A stretch of 64,000 bases of DNA, from positions 32,001 through 96,000 of the IMG/VR virus record IMGVR_UViG_3300042013_000056; one strand, given 5' to 3'. Of the stretch, positions 1-7,967 are shown one piece after another (positions within the stretch are counted from its first letter, which is position 1; every line of letters starts with the position of its first letter). Source of the DNA: a virus. A model generated the notes under the pieces. That model did not search any database and was not told the DNA's origin. It saw only the letters and a list, made by a program, of their open reading frames with translations. The position numbers and the translations under genes were made by a program.

Positions 1-83
1 AACACTCCAAAATACAAAGTATGCCAGAATTGCCAACCAGTAATAACCAGATTTCCAATCTGGTGTGACTCGCATCAATTTCA

Positions 84-749
84 TCATTTTGCAAATTTCT
101 CGTTCAAACGCAGCCATTCTGCGTAGTCTGGGTCTTTTTCTTGTTCAATCTTCTGTGCCAAAGACTTATAGACAGTGGTTTTGCCGGTTTGGGCGAATTC
201 AATACCATCGAGCCAATATTTCAACAGCTCAATACTACGCGAAGCCCCACCATCACCATGCGATCCACCATATGCCGCGTCGTCTCTCGCTTTACCAGCG
301 GATGTGACAACAACATTTTCAATTTCTTTTGCAAGCTTGATTGCATGGGATGAATCATACACAGGCTTTTGTTCTGTTGCAAGCGGTTTTTGTTCAGTTT
401 GTTGCACTGGTAATCGTGGGTATCGAGTCCACTCATGGTCATTCTTACACCACGATGTACCGGCGATGTCTCTAGCACCAATAACACCCGGTTCATCACA
501 TGTTGGGCAACGGCCATAGATACAGTTTTCAGCCGGGGCTTTACGTGGTCGGGCATTGCTTGGAATAGCCAACAGACTATGGGCATGCGGCCATTTATGA
601 CCGTTCCTGCAAAATCGGGTGCCTACCATGTCCTTAGCCATGTGAGTTGCCACTTCATAACAGAAGGGGCACATACCTAAATGTGTCGGCTGGTCACTGA
701 TAAAACGATTCGGCAGGTCTTCGCTGCCATCCATCGCAATACCCGGCAT
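84..749 (-). CDS. Hypothetical protein with two tandem Zn-ribbon-like repeats
   Basis: CPFC..(K)D..GT.FCRNGHKW and CPTC..RD..GTSWCKNDHEW repeats; overlaps macrodomain stop by 1 nt. Confidence 0.65.
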   Translation of the reverse strand: MPGIAMDGSEDLPNRFISDQPTHLGMCPFCYEVATHMAKDMVGTRFCRNGHKWPHAHSLLAIPSNARPRKAPAENCIYGRCPTCDEPGVIGARDIAGTSWCKNDHEWTRYPRLPVQQTEQKPLATEQKPVYDSSHAIKLAKEIENVVVTSAGKARDDAAYGGSHGDGGASRSIELLKYWLDGIEFAQTGKTTVYKSLAQKIEQEKDPDYAEWLRLNEKFAK

Positions 750-1225
750 TATTGTTTCACCAAAATCAACGGCAGATCAGAACCTTCGAAGGTCGAGCGG
801 ATGATTTCTTCAATCACCGACCATGTACCATTGCCTAACCCGGCACCGATCAACGGGAACAGAACGCGTTCAATATTGGTATTGAATGCCAAACGACGGA
901 TAACCTTGAACGAATCTTCGATTGCATCATATGACACATAACGAACATTCGGGTCACGACCGAAGTTCTCTTGGGTAATTGCGTTCAACACCCAGATTTT
1001 ATCTGGTGTATCAAAATAAGGAATCACTGTTCCCATGAACAGTTTGTTGCCTTGGTTGAAATACGCACTACGGTATGCTTCATATGCACCCGGATAGATT
1101 TCACGAACACCAGCGGCCACACCGGAACCCATTACACCTTGAGCATTACAGCCATGAACCATGGCGTCACCCGGTGACAACAGTTTGAAAATATCACCTT
1201 TAACGGTGGAAATAGTTTTAGACAC
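749..1225 (-). CDS. Macrodomain ADP-ribose-binding/hydrolase protein (T4 Tk.4-like)
   Basis: KGDIF, VHGCNAQGVMGSGVA, NAITQ, FPLIGAGLGNG macrodomain motifs. Confidence 0.88.
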   Translation of the reverse strand: MSKTISTVKGDIFKLLSPGDAMVHGCNAQGVMGSGVAAGVREIYPGAYEAYRSAYFNQGNKLFMGTVIPYFDTPDKIWVLNAITQENFGRDPNVRYVSYDAIEDSFKVIRRLAFNTNIERVLFPLIGAGLGNGTWSVIEEIIRSTFEGSDLPLILVKQ

Positions 1226-1382
1226 GTCTTACTCCTTCAAGTCTTAATAATCGCTCGGAATGTAACCAGCTTTGATAAGCTTCTAGTGGTGTATTGCCCA
1301 ATCCAGAATCAAGCACACTAAAACTACCGATGTAACATATCCACCAACCATCATTGATTAGTTTTATGTGTGGTTTCTGCAT
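1218..1382 (-). CDS. Small hypothetical protein (54 aa, below ORF-track cutoff)
   Basis: Hand-translated MQKPHIKL...GLGNTPLEAYQSW; AGGAG upstream; overlaps next start. Confidence 0.6.
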   Translation of the reverse strand: MQKPHIKLINDGWWICYIGSFSVLDSGLGNTPLEAYQSWLHSERLLRLEGVRRV

Positions 1383-1408
1383 TGATACAACTCCTTGTTT
1401 GATAAAAG

Positions 1409-1434
1409 AAAAGCCGGATATAAACCCGGCTTTT
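1409..1434 (-). terminator. Intrinsic terminator
   Basis: AAAAGCCGG-ATATAAAC-CCGGCTTTT hairpin after the 1455..2159 ORF. Confidence 0.75.
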
Positions 1435-1454
1435 GGTCGAACTAGTTTTGAGAC

Positions 1455-2159
1455 TTAGGCAATAACCCAAGTTTTTTCGGTTGGTGTACCGGCATCTTGT
1501 TTCAGAATCGAAATGCCGTGGGTGGACTTGATGGTCCAGTTCAGTTGGTTGAAGCTTGGAACTTGTGCTTTAACCGCAGCGGCCACGTCAAATGGTACGG
1601 TGATGGTAACCTTGGCGCTGGTTTTCAGGTCAACAACGGTTACGTCTGCGAACTTCGGTTTGTTTTCCGATTCAACCAATTGACGAATTTGTTTCGCCAA
1701 CGATTGGGACACATAGCCCAGACGGTCGTAGTTCAGGTACACCGCGACTTTCGGTTGTGGTGCCGGGGCTGTATCAGCCTTGACAGCGGTGGTCAGCTTG
1801 CTTGCGGCTGGCTTGACCTTCACCGGGGCAACAGCAGTTGTACCAACGGACTTGATCAGACTCAGCCCGGTAACGCGGTAGGTATTTTCTGTGTAGTTCG
1901 CGGTGACCAGCGACAGGGTAACGCTCAGGTTTTGGCGAGCGGCGGCATCAACCACACGTTCGATTGACTTGGCTTGACCGGTTGCACGAACGAACAGGTT
2001 CAGGTGATCGCGGCGGCTATCGTATTTGATACGAATATCAGTGAACTTGCCGGATTTGGTCAGAGCTTCTTTCAGCGCGTTGCGCAGGTTGAAATCCAGA
2101 GCCAGAGAAACGGTTGCTTGGGTGGACAGTTGAGCTTTCAGGCGTTGGGTAGCGGACAT
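1455..2159 (-). CDS. Hypothetical protein, Ala/Val/Thr/Lys-rich, probably highly expressed
   Basis: 234-aa ORF with its own TTTAGA-N17-TATGAT promoter (about 2220-2248) and terminator. Confidence 0.75.
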   Translation of the reverse strand: MSATQRLKAQLSTQATVSLALDFNLRNALKEALTKSGKFTDIRIKYDSRRDHLNLFVRATGQAKSIERVVDAAARQNLSVTLSLVTANYTENTYRVTGLSLIKSVGTTAVAPVKVKPAASKLTTAVKADTAPAPQPKVAVYLNYDRLGYVSQSLAKQIRQLVESENKPKFADVTVVDLKTSAKVTITVPFDVAAAVKAQVPSFNQLNWTIKSTHGISILKQDAGTPTEKTWVIA

Positions 2160-2267
2160 CTTTAGGTATTCCTCACATGGTTTGAGTTGAAACAGTGGTT
2201 GTTCTGTTTCGTTGGATGAATCATACGACGTTTGGTGGTCGATCTAAACATTGGAACAGATTTATTT

Positions 2268-2360
2268 GGTCGAAGGAGTTTCCAGAACATGACCAAATCG
2301 GTCGAACTAGTTTCCGGTGGAGACACTTTTGGTGGACATAGTTTTGGTCGAGATAGTTTT
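2268..2360. repeat. Tandem 15-16 bp iteron-like repeats GGT(C/G)GAnnnA(G/C)TTT(T/C)
   Basis: Units at 2268, 2300, 2316, 2331, 2346; partial copy at 2237; lone copy at 1435. Confidence 0.8.
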
Positions 2361-2631
2361 GAGCTGAATGTTTAATATCCCAAAAAAGTGTGATACCCTA
2401 GAATCTTATTCTGCCGAAAATTCCGATATACCAATCTTATTCAACCCTAATTCACCCCTTCCTGTACCGGTTTGCCTTCCTATATAGAAGCTTTCAAACC
2501 ACACCAACAAAACTCTATGCATATAGATAGCAGCCACAGGCTGCACAGCTTCACAGAAGCTGTTCTATTCCAATAAATTGCTTCCTTTCTTTATAGGTTC
2601 TGTTTCAAAACAGGCTCAGAAGGGCGGATTT

Positions 2632-2768
2632 GATCAAAAAATGAGCAGCGGGGCGGTCAAATGCGAAAAATTCCCAAAAACCGACCCTGAATGAGACATT
2701 TTCGCATTTGAACCCCAAAATCGATCAAAAAATGAGCAAAATCCCGGATTTTCCAGCCCAAATGCGAA
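2632..2768. repeat. Direct repeats GATCAAAAAATGAGCA x2 and CAAATGCGAA x2 plus an inverted copy
   Basis: 16-mers at 2632 and 2723; 10-mers at 2658 and 2759; inverted TTCGCATTTG at 2701. Confidence 0.8.
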
Positions 2769-2943
2769 TGGATCGCCCTAACCCCAGAAGGGGAGATGTC
2801 AAATAACAACCATTCGCATTACCGGACGAACGCCCACCCTCCCCGTTTGTCTCCGGGTTCGTACCACCCCGCTTTCTGTTTCATGTCCAAAGTATAACAC
2901 ACCCGGAACAGAACACAACCCCCAAACCAAAATAATTTCAAAC

Positions 2944-2967
2944 AAAAAAGGCCACCCGAAGGCAGCC
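2944..2967 (-). terminator. Intrinsic terminator with UUCG tetraloop
   Basis: Minus strand GGCUGCC-UUCG-GGUGGCC-UUUUUU just after the kinase gene. Confidence 0.85.
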
Positions 2968-2986
2968 CATTTGTCAATCATTTTGT

Positions 2987-4579
2987 TTATGCAGCGAGCT
3001 TTGCACCCATGGTATCCATTGAAAAGTTCCCACCACACAGCGGGTCTGTCAATACCAGAGTTCTGACATCATTGTCAACCCGCCACATAACATTACCCGG
3101 ATGGATGTCGTATGTACCGTTAATTTCGCTATGGGTGTCGCGTACAACTTCAAACAGGTTAATTGCATCATCCCCATTACAGCCAAATTCACGTTTGATA
3201 GTAGAAAGTTCACTATTTCGAAACGCTTGCATTTTACCGGCGTTTCGTTCTCTAAACTCGGTTTGTTCAACATCTGTCAGCGGTTCGAGTCGTTCAATCT
3301 TGGCGCAGTATGTTGTGCCCATTCGGGCGATTTTATCAATCTTCGGGAAGTTCTTAGAACTGCCGTTTAACTTGACGTTAACCGCATATGCAAACCAACC
3401 ATCCAGAGAATCGCTGTTACAGTTGACCTTATAAACCCAACCATCAGGCCCAAGGTATGCATTAGACCAGCAACCCTCACCCAGATAGGAAAACCCCTGT
3501 TCTTTTAAACGCTCTGTACAGAGTTGCACCGCCGTATGCATACGCCCATTGCCATAATATCGAACTTCTGAAAAAAACCAAGCAATTCGCTTCGCAACAT
3601 CAACACCCGGTTTATTCAGGTCACGCAAAATATCATTTGCAAGTTGTTCATAAATCTTTTTGAACTTTGCGGTTTTAAGTTTCCGCTTTCTATCGGATTC
3701 TTTCCTATTTGCTACCTGTTCGGCTTCCAGTCTGGCGTCTCGCTCTAACTGTTCAATCCGCTTTGCTTCGCGTTGTTCAGTATTAAGATGCGGGTCCGGT
3801 TTAAACATGTTTTGCCACGCACCAAACAAACCATCATCATCAATACGGAAACCGTCCAGAATGCCATGCAAGCCACCGACATGCACCGGATGTATCGGTT
3901 CAGCCTCACGCCATCCAAGTGTCAGCGGCGGCAAGGCTTCACGTTTGCGCCCATGGATCAAACCCTTTAAAGCCGGGTGACCATAGCCGATACCGGGTTT
4001 AACGCCTTGTGCGTCCTTCCAGAAGGCTTTAAGGGCTGCTACCGGGTTATGTTTGGCAGTTCTCGGTTTGATATGGTGAATCGGCAGCAAATCATCAGCC
4101 AAGATACGAACGTTTTTAAAATCGCCCATCTTGAACGCAAGTTGTGCATGGTCACGATCTTTACGATCTTTAGGAACTTTGAGCTTGAGAAATGGGTTCG
4201 CTACTTCCGGGAATTTATCAACCATATCATCCCGACACACAACGCCTTCAAATTCACGCGGGCGAGCGTCAAAAAATCCAGCCGGGTCAATAACAATATT
4301 TCGCGCAGGGCGGCCAAAACGGCCAAACTGTTGGTTAAGTTGCCATTTGTCCCAGATGTCACGCATGGGGCCAGCAATACCGGGAACACCGAATTTATCA
4401 AATGGATTTTGGACAACTTCCATATCAAACACAATATTTTTGATATCATGTTTTGCAAAATCGCCAGCTTTCGGCCAATCGAACTTGATATTATCATTTG
4501 CATTCATTGCAGCACCTAACAAACGGATTTGTTCTAGGGTAACTTTCGGACCAGTCAACAACTTCATACCATTAAGCAT
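2987..4579 (-). CDS. T7 gp0.7-like Ser/Thr protein kinase with long N-terminal extension
   Basis: C-terminal LGEGCWSNAY, VYKV, DIHPGNVM, LVLTDPL; start moved to ATG 4579 (GAGG upstream, coupled to upstream stop). Confidence 0.78.
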   Translation of the reverse strand: MLNGMKLLTGPKVTLEQIRLLGAAMNANDNIKFDWPKAGDFAKHDIKNIVFDMEVVQNPFDKFGVPGIAGPMRDIWDKWQLNQQFGRFGRPARNIVIDPAGFFDARPREFEGVVCRDDMVDKFPEVANPFLKLKVPKDRKDRDHAQLAFKMGDFKNVRILADDLLPIHHIKPRTAKHNPVAALKAFWKDAQGVKPGIGYGHPALKGLIHGRKREALPPLTLGWREAEPIHPVHVGGLHGILDGFRIDDDGLFGAWQNMFKPDPHLNTEQREAKRIEQLERDARLEAEQVANRKESDRKRKLKTAKFKKIYEQLANDILRDLNKPGVDVAKRIAWFFSEVRYYGNGRMHTAVQLCTERLKEQGFSYLGEGCWSNAYLGPDGWVYKVNCNSDSLDGWFAYAVNVKLNGSSKNFPKIDKIARMGTTYCAKIERLEPLTDVEQTEFRERNAGKMQAFRNSELSTIKREFGCNGDDAINLFEVVRDTHSEINGTYDIHPGNVMWRVDNDVRTLVLTDPLCGGNFSMDTMGAKLAA

Positions 4580-5210
4580 ATTCGGCAACCTCAAAAACCG
4601 GAATTTGATTCGCCAAATAGGCGATAGGGTCATTTAAAACAAGTTGGCCATTCAACCGCATTACATTAGCTGTGTGAATGTCTAGAAACGTCTTGATAAT
4701 CTTTGCATCAATCCTATCGGGGTCAAAATTATCAAACATACCCCGGCTTACTTCGCATTCATTGGCGCAAACTTGCACGGCCAATAGTATCGCATCACGC
4801 AAATAACGATTAGTGCGGCTGGCCCCGTACAGGCTTTCAGGGCCGTCTATTGTCCATTGTTTTTGCAGTGGTTGGACTTCGACACAAAACCGCTGACCAT
4901 GTTGCACAAGCTCGCCAAACTGAGGCAAACAAGGGTTACCCGGTTGTTTGATACAAGCCAACATCCAGTTATAGAAACCATCATACACGCCGTTTAGGTT
5001 TGAATTGATTTTGTATAGCTTGCCGTGCAAACGCCAGACAGAACTATACATCCCAACCCCAACCAAAATATAGCCGCGTTGGTTCATTTCAATTTCAAAC
5101 AATTTCTGTTTGTTTCGCCATGTTCCACCGTCCGACCGAAAGCGGTCTATTTCACGTTGATGGCGAGCTTCGGCATGGGCGAACCGTTCAAGGATGTCAT
5201 TCTGTATCAT
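4572..5210 (-). CDS. T7 gp0.7-like Ser/Thr protein kinase
   Basis: VGVGMYSSVW, LYKI, NPCLP, DIHTANVM, LVLNDPI. Confidence 0.78.
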   Translation of the reverse strand: MIQNDILERFAHAEARHQREIDRFRSDGGTWRNKQKLFEIEMNQRGYILVGVGMYSSVWRLHGKLYKINSNLNGVYDGFYNWMLACIKQPGNPCLPQFGELVQHGQRFCVEVQPLQKQWTIDGPESLYGASRTNRYLRDAILLAVQVCANECEVSRGMFDNFDPDRIDAKIIKTFLDIHTANVMRLNGQLVLNDPIAYLANQIPVFEVAEYA

Positions 5211-5282
5211 GATTCAATTCTGTTCTAATCCAGTGGCGTCCATAATAGAACAGAAAGAAATAGAACACAACCCCCAGACAAG

Positions 5283-5306
5283 AAAAACCCCTTACGGGGT
5301 TTTTTT
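5283..5306. terminator. Bidirectional-type terminator
   Basis: AAAAACCCC-TTAC-GGGGTTTTTTT. Confidence 0.75.
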
Positions 5307-6104
5307 AACCTTTGCGGCCTTCGGCAGCTTAGGTTTGTTGATAATGGTTTGCTTCTGTCCATTCCAGCCTTCCCGCTGTTCTTTCACGGTGCCGGTAATG
5401 GTAAAGGTTTGGCCGATTTCAATTTCCTTGAAGCCTTGAGCAACCGAGTAGAACACAACCTCATTGCCTTCTGGCGTCTGTGCGATGTGCATCAGTGTAG
5501 GATATTGGGATTGGGTCCAAGATACGCGTTTGAGGGTCAACACCAGTTCAATGGCCTTGTCTACCTCACCAATGTAGCCGGGGAGTTCCACACCGGTTTC
5601 TTTGATGTAGTTGGTGGCGATGGTTACACATACCGCCATTTTGCCGTGGGCGTCTGTTTGCTGTGCAACCCAGAACAGATACCCAAGATCAACCACAGCG
5701 ATTTCAGCGGCGGTCATACCAGTGTATTTGCCAACAATGAACACACCGGCTTGAATCTGTTCAACCTTTTCAGCTTCCCATGCCGCTACGCGTTCAGCGT
5801 AGGCACGTTCTGAGGCTTCACGTTTGGCCGTGGCTTCGGCATCACGCACCCGGCGAATTTCGTTCAGCTCAAAATCCGCGTTGCCTTTGAATGGCAGCCC
5901 CATCAGAGCCGACATTTCAACCGCTTTAGATTCGGCGGTGTCCTTATCATTCGACAGGTTCTGAATGTAGTAATCATTCATTTCCTTGAATGATGTATCA
6001 CCCCAAACCACGGTGTCTAGGCACATTACGCGTAGGGTGTACATTGCAACTTTGTCACCGGTCGATATGAAAGTGTATTTTGCTTCGGAATTTGCTACTG
6101 CCAT
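5292..6104 (-). CDS. Putative nucleic-acid-binding protein with C-terminal OB-fold-like region
   Basis: GKYTG...D.GYL.W small domain, then YIGEV...GQTFTITGTVKEQRE.NGQKQT..K pattern; own promoter. Confidence 0.5.
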   Translation of the reverse strand: MAVANSEAKYTFISTGDKVAMYTLRVMCLDTVVWGDTSFKEMNDYYIQNLSNDKDTAESKAVEMSALMGLPFKGNADFELNEIRRVRDAEATAKREASERAYAERVAAWEAEKVEQIQAGVFIVGKYTGMTAAEIAVVDLGYLFWVAQQTDAHGKMAVCVTIATNYIKETGVELPGYIGEVDKAIELVLTLKRVSWTQSQYPTLMHIAQTPEGNEVVFYSVAQGFKEIEIGQTFTITGTVKEQREGWNGQKQTIINKPKLPKAAKVKKTP

Positions 6105-6259
6105 GATCGTAACTCCCGGTAAGGTCCGGGGTAAGTCCCGGTTTGCCTTGCTTGTGGTTTATTCTACACCATGGTTTGATACAGTCAAGGGTTTGATACA
6201 AATATTTTTGAAAATAAAAAAGCCCCACCGACCGGCAGGGCTTGAGGTGTTGCGAAACG

Positions 6260-6529
6260 TTAGAGCGTCACAGTCTTGACTGTGGTTCGCTTCACGGTGC
6301 TGTCATAGTTGTCACACAACCATTGATGCCCCTTTGCAAACGTTTCATTGAAGTGTTCCAGCGTTGCGGCAACCACACCAGCGGGCAACCGTTCGCCTTT
6401 GTTGCCATAAAATTCGGCTTCGTCCTGTTTCAGATAGATCGCGTCTGCAATCACCACACCATTCAAGGTGATATCCGCGCAAGCCGGAATGCCACCGGCA
6501 ACAACTGTATAGACTTGAGGCATGTTCAT
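6260..6529 (-). CDS. Hypothetical protein
   Basis: Co-oriented ORF, AAGGAA upstream. Confidence 0.7.
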   Translation of the reverse strand: MNMPQVYTVVAGGIPACADITLNGVVIADAIYLKQDEAEFYGNKGERLPAGVVAATLEHFNETFAKGHQWLCDNYDSTVKRTTVKTVTL

Positions 6530-6535
6530 AATTCC

Positions 6536-7057
6536 TTATGCGGCCTGTTTCTGTTCAACAGCTACAGCTTTGAAAATCAGTTCACGTCGGCCCGGTCGTT
6601 TAACTTCGTCAACCTTGTAACCCATACGGACCACAAGCCCCGTCGATTCAGCCCAGCGCATTGCGTTGGATACGTGCATAAGTTTCATTTTCAACTTTTT
6701 GCGGGCTTGCTTAACGGTGAATTCTTGTCCGTTCTGTGCGTTGATGAATGTTACCAGACTACGGCGGGTTTTGGTCTGGTTTGCCGAGATTGGGCGACCA
6801 CCCAGAGACTTAGTATTACCGGTTTGAGTCAGTTCAACCACTTTAACCGGGGTTTCTACTGCATCCAGAGCTTTCAGACCGGCTGTAAGTTCTTCTACCA
6901 TTTTCAGGCGGGTAGCTTCACTGTCGTCGTGAATGCGCAGGGTTTCGACTGTGAAACCATCAACACCCGGCACAATGTTGCACATTTCGGCCCAGTTGTC
7001 GCCGTGTAGCTTCTTGGCGGCACGTACAGCGGATGATTTAGCTTTGTAAGTAGTCAT
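6536..7057 (-). CDS. Putative winged-helix DNA-binding protein (paralog of 26439..26900)
   Basis: C-terminal FTVKQARKKL...VSNAM...GLVV...PGRRELIFK; own promoter at about 7093-7125. Confidence 0.55.
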   Translation of the reverse strand: MTTYKAKSSAVRAAKKLHGDNWAEMCNIVPGVDGFTVETLRIHDDSEATRLKMVEELTAGLKALDAVETPVKVVELTQTGNTKSLGGRPISANQTKTRRSLVTFINAQNGQEFTVKQARKKLKMKLMHVSNAMRWAESTGLVVRMGYKVDEVKRPGRRELIFKAVAVEQKQAA

Positions 7058-7151
7058 GTTCGAATTCCTTTATCAAATTGGCTTTCAGTGGTTTGTATCT
7101 TAATCGTTGTTTCTGGTTACGTCAAGGGTTTAATCAAACTATTTTCTATTT

Positions 7152-7550
7152 CTATCCAAGCCCCAAATAAACACCAGACAACACCAACACCCAACACCAG
7201 AAAATTACATAGTGTTTCCGCCGTCGCTTGCGGGTGTGTGGGTCTTCCTGTTCGATAATGTCACACCTATCAGGGTACAGCTCAAAGTCGGCTGATACAG
7301 GCTCACAGACCGGTTTAAACATCGATTCAGGGTCACGGGTCAGTGGGTGATATTCAATCGGCCAACCCATCGCCCGACAATATGACGCCCAAGCCTTGTT
7401 CCGTTTCAGAATTAGAGCGTGCTTTGTATGGGCATAGGTTACCAAATCAATAGCCTTTGCCGATAATGCTTGATCTAATTCAATTTCCTGTTTGTCTATA
7501 TTGTCCAACCGTTTCGCGGCTGGTATTGCCTGAAAACTAAGTTTATCCAT
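7152..7550 (-). CDS. Hypothetical protein with C-terminal membrane anchor
   Basis: RRRRK followed by a hydrophobic tail. Confidence 0.65.
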   Translation of the reverse strand: MDKLSFQAIPAAKRLDNIDKQEIELDQALSAKAIDLVTYAHTKHALILKRNKAWASYCRAMGWPIEYHPLTRDPESMFKPVCEPVSADFELYPDRCDIIEQEDPHTRKRRRKHYVIFWCWVLVLSGVYLGLG

Positions 7551-7650
7551 ACATCACCAGAACCCCCAGAAACGGGGCATACAATAGGATTACAGTAACG
7601 ATACCATAGGTTTTGATACAATGCAACATCAGTTGTTGATAATATTTCAT
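7543..7650 (-). CDS. 35-aa hydrophobic micro-protein
   Basis: AAGGAGG RBS, MKYYQQLMLHCIKTYGIVTVILLYAPFLGVLVMYG, array promoter at about 7680. Confidence 0.65.
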   Translation of the reverse strand: MKYYQQLMLHCIKTYGIVTVILLYAPFLGVLVMYG

Positions 7651-7734
7651 TGATCAGCCTCCTTTTCGTTGATGTGAGTATGATAGAACTATTTCAGGTG
7701 ACTGTCTAGTGGTTTGATACAAATATTTTTAGAT

Positions 7735-7850
7735 AAAAAGAACCCGCCAGATCGGGGAATCATGGCGGGTCAAATGAGGTGTTTCAGGGTTGGTTGTGAT
7801 TAGCCAGTCAACGAACTAACCACAGGGAGCGCACATAGTCCGTATGTGAC
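7735..7850 (-). ncRNA. Candidate small RNA of about 115 nt
   Basis: TTGACA(7884-7879)-N16-TATTAT promoter, two hairpins, intrinsic terminator, no ORF with an RBS. Confidence 0.55.
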
Positions 7851-7932
7851 TGCCGAATAATAAACGATTTACATAAAGTGTCAAATAAACCCGATAAAAG
7901 GCTTGACAGATTGACAGATTGGATCACATCTT

Positions 7933-7959
7933 AAATCAGTGGCAATAAGCCACTGATTT
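7933..7959. terminator. Perfect 11-bp-stem terminator
   Basis: AAATCAGTGGC-AATAA-GCCACTGATTT. Confidence 0.8.
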
Positions 7960-7967
7960 TATAAGAC

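Noticed and set aside
2799-3038. 79-aa minus-strand ORF
   Set aside because: Runs through the UUCG terminator of the kinase operon and overlaps the kinase; probably spurious
7903-7916. Tandem TTGACAGA on the + strand as an antisense promoter
   Set aside because: No acceptable -10 at 16-18 nt from either copy
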